A DNA stretch of 64,000 nt from Squalus acanthias (lineage: Eukaryota), in NCBI GenBank assembly GCA_030390025.1, contig CM059429.1, forward strand, positions 138,446,001 to 138,510,000, written 5' to 3'. Within the stretch, counting starts at the first letter, position 1; every line of letters begins with the position of its first letter. Below are positions 59,140-64,000 of the stretch, piece after piece. The notes beneath the pieces were generated by a model. That model was given only the letters and a program-made list of their open reading frames with translations. It did no database searches and was not told the origin of the DNA. Both the position numbers and the translations under genes were made by a program.

Positions 59140-59493
59140 GTGCTGCCACTGGATTAGAACTGCTACAATCTCCGGTCTCGCTCAGGCTGCAGGAAGGCCA
59201 GTCTGCCCATTTCGACTGCATTCTACAATATGAAGACAAGATAGTAAATGGCAGCTTTTATTGGCAATATACTAAAGTGAACTTTGGTGAAACACAAGTG
59301 AGAAATATCAGTATCGATCCAGGAGATGATCGTTTCAATGTTTTCAGTATCAACGCATCTGATTTCCGCAGCTCATTGATAATGAAAGACCTTCACATTA
59401 CTGACACGGGTGTGTATTATTGCAACATCATTATTCACGAACGTTCACTTTCAAGGACGACCATGGGCCCTGGGACTCGTCTAATTGTTCAAG
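59140..59493 (+). CDS. Ig-superfamily gene B, exon 2: V-set domain with germline-joined J-like strand (later exons not in window)
   Basis: tag acceptor, CAAG|gtaagg donor, 354 nt, phase 1-1; LELLQSPVSLRLQEGQSAHFDC..FYWQY..DRF..SLIMKDLHITDTGVYYC..TMGPGTRLIVQ. Confidence 0.92.
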
Positions 59494-60058
59494 GTAAGGG
59501 AGAATGCCTCTAGGGGACTCCGTGTAGTTTGGTTAGGCATTAGATTAAGGATGCATGTGCTGGAGGACCCCGTTTGCAACTTTCAAGTATGAATGGCTGT
59601 GGTATGCGCAGCACATGATCTGCCCATTAGTACCAGACGGTGAGTGGCCTAACCAGTGGTCCTTAAAGGGGTCACTGGAGGCTGCTCCAAAAACGGCGTG
59701 GACCATTTTTCCACTCTGCAGTACCCCACTCAATACTTCCTCCATTCCAGACATAACTCCTCTCACAAATTCTTGTTGTTTTCTACCCTTCAGCCACTTT
59801 TTTAAATCCATTCCTAAAGTTTATCCTGAATCTCTACAGCTTAGAGTTTAACTAATAGCCTTTTGTATGGTACTTCAAAATAAGTAACACAAGTAACCAA
59901 ATATAAACAGCTACAGAAATGATAAGCACATTAACATTAGTGAAATGCATAAAACTATCAAGACAAGTTAGCACTTTTATGAAATTATTTTAAATGTAAT
60001 CTATTGCTGTGTATTCACTGGTTTGTTACTTTTGGGAATGTCTGTAACATTAAAATAT

Positions 60059-61883
60059 CTTCTTCTTAGACAGTCCCTCGGAACCGAGGATGACATGCTT
60101 CCACACTAAAATGAGTTCCAATGCGGGACCTACAGTCTCTGTCACAGGTGGGGCAGACGGTGGTTGAAGGGGCGGGTGGCTGGGGTGCTTGGGTTGACGT
60201 GCGCACCTTCCGCTGTTTGCGCTTGGCTTCCGCTTGCTCCTGGCGAAGAGACTTGAGGTGTTCGGCGCCTTCCCGGATGCTTCTCCTCCTCTTTGTGCGG
60301 TCTTGGGCCAGGGATTCCCAGGTGGGGATGTTGCAGTTTTTCAAGGAGGCTTTGAGGGTGTCCTTGAAGCGTTTCCTCTGCCCACCTGGGGCTCACTTGC
60401 CGTGTTGGAGCTCCGAGTAGAGTGCTTATTTTGGGAGTCTCATATTGGGCATGTAGACGATGTGGCCAGTCCATCGGGGCTGATCGAGCGTGGTCAAAGC
60501 TTCGATGCTGGGGATGTTGGCCTGAGCGAGGACACTGATGTTGGTGCGCCTATCCTACCAATGGATTTGCAGGATCTTGCGGAGGCAGTGTTGGTGGTAC
60601 CTCTCCAGTGCTTTGAGGTGCCTGCTGTACATGGTCCATGTCTCTGAAGCATACAGGAGGGCGGGTATCACTACTGCTCTGTAGACCATGAGCTTGGTGC
60701 TGGGTTTGAGGTCCTGGTCTTCAAACACTCTCTTCCTCAGGCGACCGAAGGCTGCACTGGCACACTGAAGGCGGTGTTGGACTTCGTCATCGACGTCTGC
60801 CCTTGTTGACAGTAGGCTCCCGAGGTATGGAAAGTGGTCCACGTTGTCCAAGGCCTCGTCGTGGATTTTGATAATCGGGGGGCAGTACTGTGTGGCGGGG
60901 GCAGGTTGGTAGAGGACCTTTGTCTTATGGATGTTTAGTATAAGGCCCATGCTCTCGTATGCTTCGGTGAAGGTGTTGACAATTGTTTGGAGTTCGGCCT
61001 CAGAGTGTGCGCAGACGCAAGCGTCGTCTGCATACTGTAATTCGATGACAGAGGATGGGATGACCTTGGATCTGGACCGGAGGTGACGGAGGTTGAACAG
61101 TTTCCCGTTTGTTCTGTAGATTAGCTCCACTCCAGCGGGGAGCTTACTGAGGGTGAGATGGCGCATTGCAGCCAGGAAGATCGAGAAGAGCATTGGTGCG
61201 ATGACACAGCCTTGCTTGACCCAGGTCCGTACGTGAATTGGGTCTGTGGTAGATCCGTTGGTCAGGATCACGGCTTGCATGTCGTCGTGAAGCAGGCGGA
61301 GGATGGTGACAAACTTTTGAGGGCAGCCGAATTTGAGGAGGACACTCCATAATCCTTCACGGTTGACGGTGTCAAAGGCCTTTGTGAAGTCAAAGAAGGC
61401 CAAGTACAGCGGTTGGTGCTGTTCCTTGCATTTCTCTTGTAGTTGACGCGCGGTGAAGATCATGTCCATTGTGCCCCTTAGTGGGCAGAATCCGCATTGC
61501 GACTCTGGGAGGAGCTCTTCAGCCACTGGGAGAAGGCGATTGAGGAGGATTCTTGCGATGACTTTCCCTGTGGCAGACAGCAGGGAGACTCCTCTGTAAT
61601 TACCACAATCGGACTTGTCACCTTTCTTGAAGATGGTCACAATTATGGCATCTCTGAGATCCCTTGGCATGCTCTCCTCCTTCCAAATAAGAGAAATGAG
61701 TTCATGTATTCATGCCAATAGTGCTTCTCTGCCATGTTTTAGTGCCTCGGCGGGGATTCCATCTGCACCTGAGGCCTTGTTGTTCTTCAGTTGTCGGATG
61801 GCCTTTTCAACCTCATGCCAGGCTGGGGTTGTGCTGAGGTGGTGGCGGGTAGCATGCTGTGAGATGGAGTTGATGACACTCAC
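60059..61883 (-). mobile_element. RTE LINE, 3' half (RT and tail)
   Basis: 371-aa ORF 60555-61670: NYRGVSLL, QCGF, FDFTKAFD, KQGCVIAP.LF, YADD, FPYLGS; (AAG)n tail on the minus strand. Confidence 0.93.
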
Positions 61884-61934
61884 TAGAAGGAGACGCACCG
61901 CGGGACACACTCACTGGAAGGAGACACACTATAA

Positions 61935-62447
61935 GGAGGTCGGGACCCAGGAGTGAGGTCGAGGCCCAGGAGTGAGGTCGGGACCCGGGAGCGAAGTCGG
62001 GACCCGGGAGCGAAGTCGGGACCCGGGAGCGAGGACTGGACCCAGGAGCGAGGACGGGACCCAGGAGCGAGGACGGGACCCAGGAGCGAGGACGGGACCC
62101 AGGAGCGAGGACGGGACCCAGGAGCGAGGACGGGACCCAGGAGCGAGGACGGGACCCAGGAGCGAGGACGGGACCCAGGAGCGAGGACGGGACCCAGGAG
62201 CGAGGACGGGACCCAGGAGCGAGGACGGGGCCCAGGAGCGAGGACGGGGCCCAGGAGCGAGGACGGGGCCCAGGAGCGAGGACGGGGCCCAGGAGCGAGG
62301 ACGGGGCCCAGGAGCGAGGACGGGACCAAGGAGCGAGGACGGGGCCCAGGAGCGAGGTCGGGGCCCAGGAGCGAGGTCGGGACCCGGGAGCAAGGACGAG
62401 GCCCAGGAGCGAGGTCGAGGCCCAGGAGCGAGGTTGAGGCCCAGGAG
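61935..62447. repeat. 19-bp GC-rich minisatellite, about 27 copies (AGGAGCGAGGACGGGACCC and variants)
   Basis: Period read directly; gives 19-aa periodic ORFs in several frames. Confidence 0.95.
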
Positions 62448-62449
62448 TG

Positions 62450-64000
62450 GCGCAGCATGGACCAGCAGCGGGGTCGGGAGGACCACACTGCAGCCTATGA
62501 AACCCAGGCAGAGAGGACCTGCGGGAAGGAGGGAGGAGGACAGTAGGAATATGTTTGTGTGTGTGTGTGCTAGGCCGATGTAGCAGAGCCTGGTCTCCAA
62601 TCGTCTTGGATCCCCTTGCCATTGGACCAAGAACTTGCTCTGTCAAGCCCGTGTGGTAGCTGGTGTGCAACGGCCACCCCACGTTAAAAGAATTCACGCA
62701 CAGGCATCTTCCACCCTTTAAAATGAAGTTTGGGACCTGGAACGTCAGGACCCTCATGGACAACCCCAACAGTGACAGACCGGAACGCCGTACTGCTATC
62801 GTTGCCCGGGAGCTCAGATGTTTCTACATAGACATTGCCGCCCTAAGTGAGACCCGGCGGGCAGGGGAAGGCCAGCTCAAGGAGCAAGGCGGTGGTTACA
62901 CCTTCTTCTGGAAAGGCAAACCTGAAGAAGAACGCCGTCTCCATGGGGTAGGCTTCGCCATAAAAAATGAGCTAGTTGAACGTCTCAGAGACTCCCCTTG
63001 TGGAATAAACGAATGCCTCATGACTCTACGGCTCACCCTAGCCCAGAACCAGTGCGCTACGGTCATCAGTGCGTACGCCCCAACACTGGAAGCCACAGAC
63101 GAGACCAAAGAGGAATTCTACTCCAGCCTCGAACAATCCCTGTCCCGAGTCCCAATGGGCGACAAGCTGATCCTCCTTGGTGACTTCAACGCCAGAGTTA
63201 GAAAGGACACAGACCTCTGGGGAGGTGTGATCGGCAGAGAGGGGGTAGAGAAAGCCAACTCCAACGGTACCCTCCTCCTAATGAAATGCTTAGAACATGG
63301 CCTTGTCATAACCAACACCTTGTTCTGTCAGAGAGACAAGTACAAGGCTTCATGGCAACACCCTCGCTCCAAGCACTGGTATCTGCTGGACTACGTCATC
63401 GTCCGAGCAAGGGACCGCAAGGACGTCCGCATCACCCGCGCCATGACAGGAGCTGAGGACTGCTGGACTACCTACCGCCTCATCCGCTCTGTCATCTCCA
63501 TCAACATAGCCCCAAAACAACAGCGGCAACAGAAGCAATGCCGCAGGAAAATCAACGCTGGAGCACTCAAAGACCCTGCTAAGAAAGCCCTATTCAGCCT
63601 GCACCTCACAACCAAATTGACGACTCCCAGTGATTCAGAGACACAGAGTGTCCACAGTGCCTGGTCTGCACTCAAGGCCTCCATAATCAGCACCTGTGAA
63701 GAGACGCTCGGTCACTCGACCAGGAAACACCAAGACTGGTTCGACGAGAACGACCAGGAGATCCAGGAGCTAATAAGCCACAAGCGCAAGGCATTCCTGA
63801 TCTGGAAACAGCAACAGAACTCGAGAGCAAGAAAGCAGCTCTACAGACGCCTGAAGGCCAAAGTCCAACAAAAAACACGCGACCTAAAGAACAGATGGTG
63901 GGTGGAGAAAGCGCAGGAGATCCAGCAGCTAGCCGACAACCACGACGTGCGTGGATTCTTTAGCGCAGTCAAGACCACCTACGGTCCAAGCACCCAAGGT
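62450..64000 (+). mobile_element. RTE LINE, 5' half (5' UTR and APE endonuclease), inverted relative to the 3' half
   Basis: Frame from ATG 62723 in phase to the window end: MKFGTWNVRTL, IAALSETR, GVGF, SAYAPT, LLGDFNARV, LDYV. Confidence 0.92.

Noticed and set aside
59140-59493. Calling gene B (or A) VTCN1/B7-H4, NCR3 or a TCR/Ig segment
   Set aside because: The GxGT J-like strand is unlike B7-H4, gene A has a C1 exon unlike NKp30, and no RSS or separate J segments are present; orthology needs a phylogeny.
61813-62769. Long overlapping repetitive ORFs, or a CRISPR-like array
   Set aside because: Artefact of a stop-free 19-bp tandem repeat; no unique spacers, eukaryotic context.

Overview
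Repeat-rich vertebrate genomic DNA. The repeat mix (HE1-like V-SINEs, Deu-domain SINEs, LF-SINE-like elements, many CR1/L2/RTE LINEs, Penelope elements) points to a cartilaginous fish. The centre holds a complete six-exon TRIM45 gene (+ strand, 14973-46345, 577 aa reconstructed by hand from GT-AG sites). It is flanked by two outward-facing immunoglobulin-superfamily genes whose V domains already carry a germline-joined J-like GxGT strand, with no RSS seen. The left one (- strand) has leader, VJ and C1 exons and runs off the left edge. The right one (+ strand) has leader and VJ exons, with the rest presumably beyond the right edge. A short relic of a third copy lies at about 8.3 kb. These look like non-rearranging antigen-receptor-like genes and are the main candidate for an under-described system. 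Notable mobile DNA: a 2.6-kb near-perfect Penelope palindrome with minimal hammerhead motifs in TRIM45 intron 4, a 1.7-kb solo LTR upstream of the left Ig gene, an inverted RTE consistent with twin priming, a Harbinger transposon and nested CR1s. Exon boundaries were read base by base; most repeat boundaries are approximate and family names come from recognition, not database searches.
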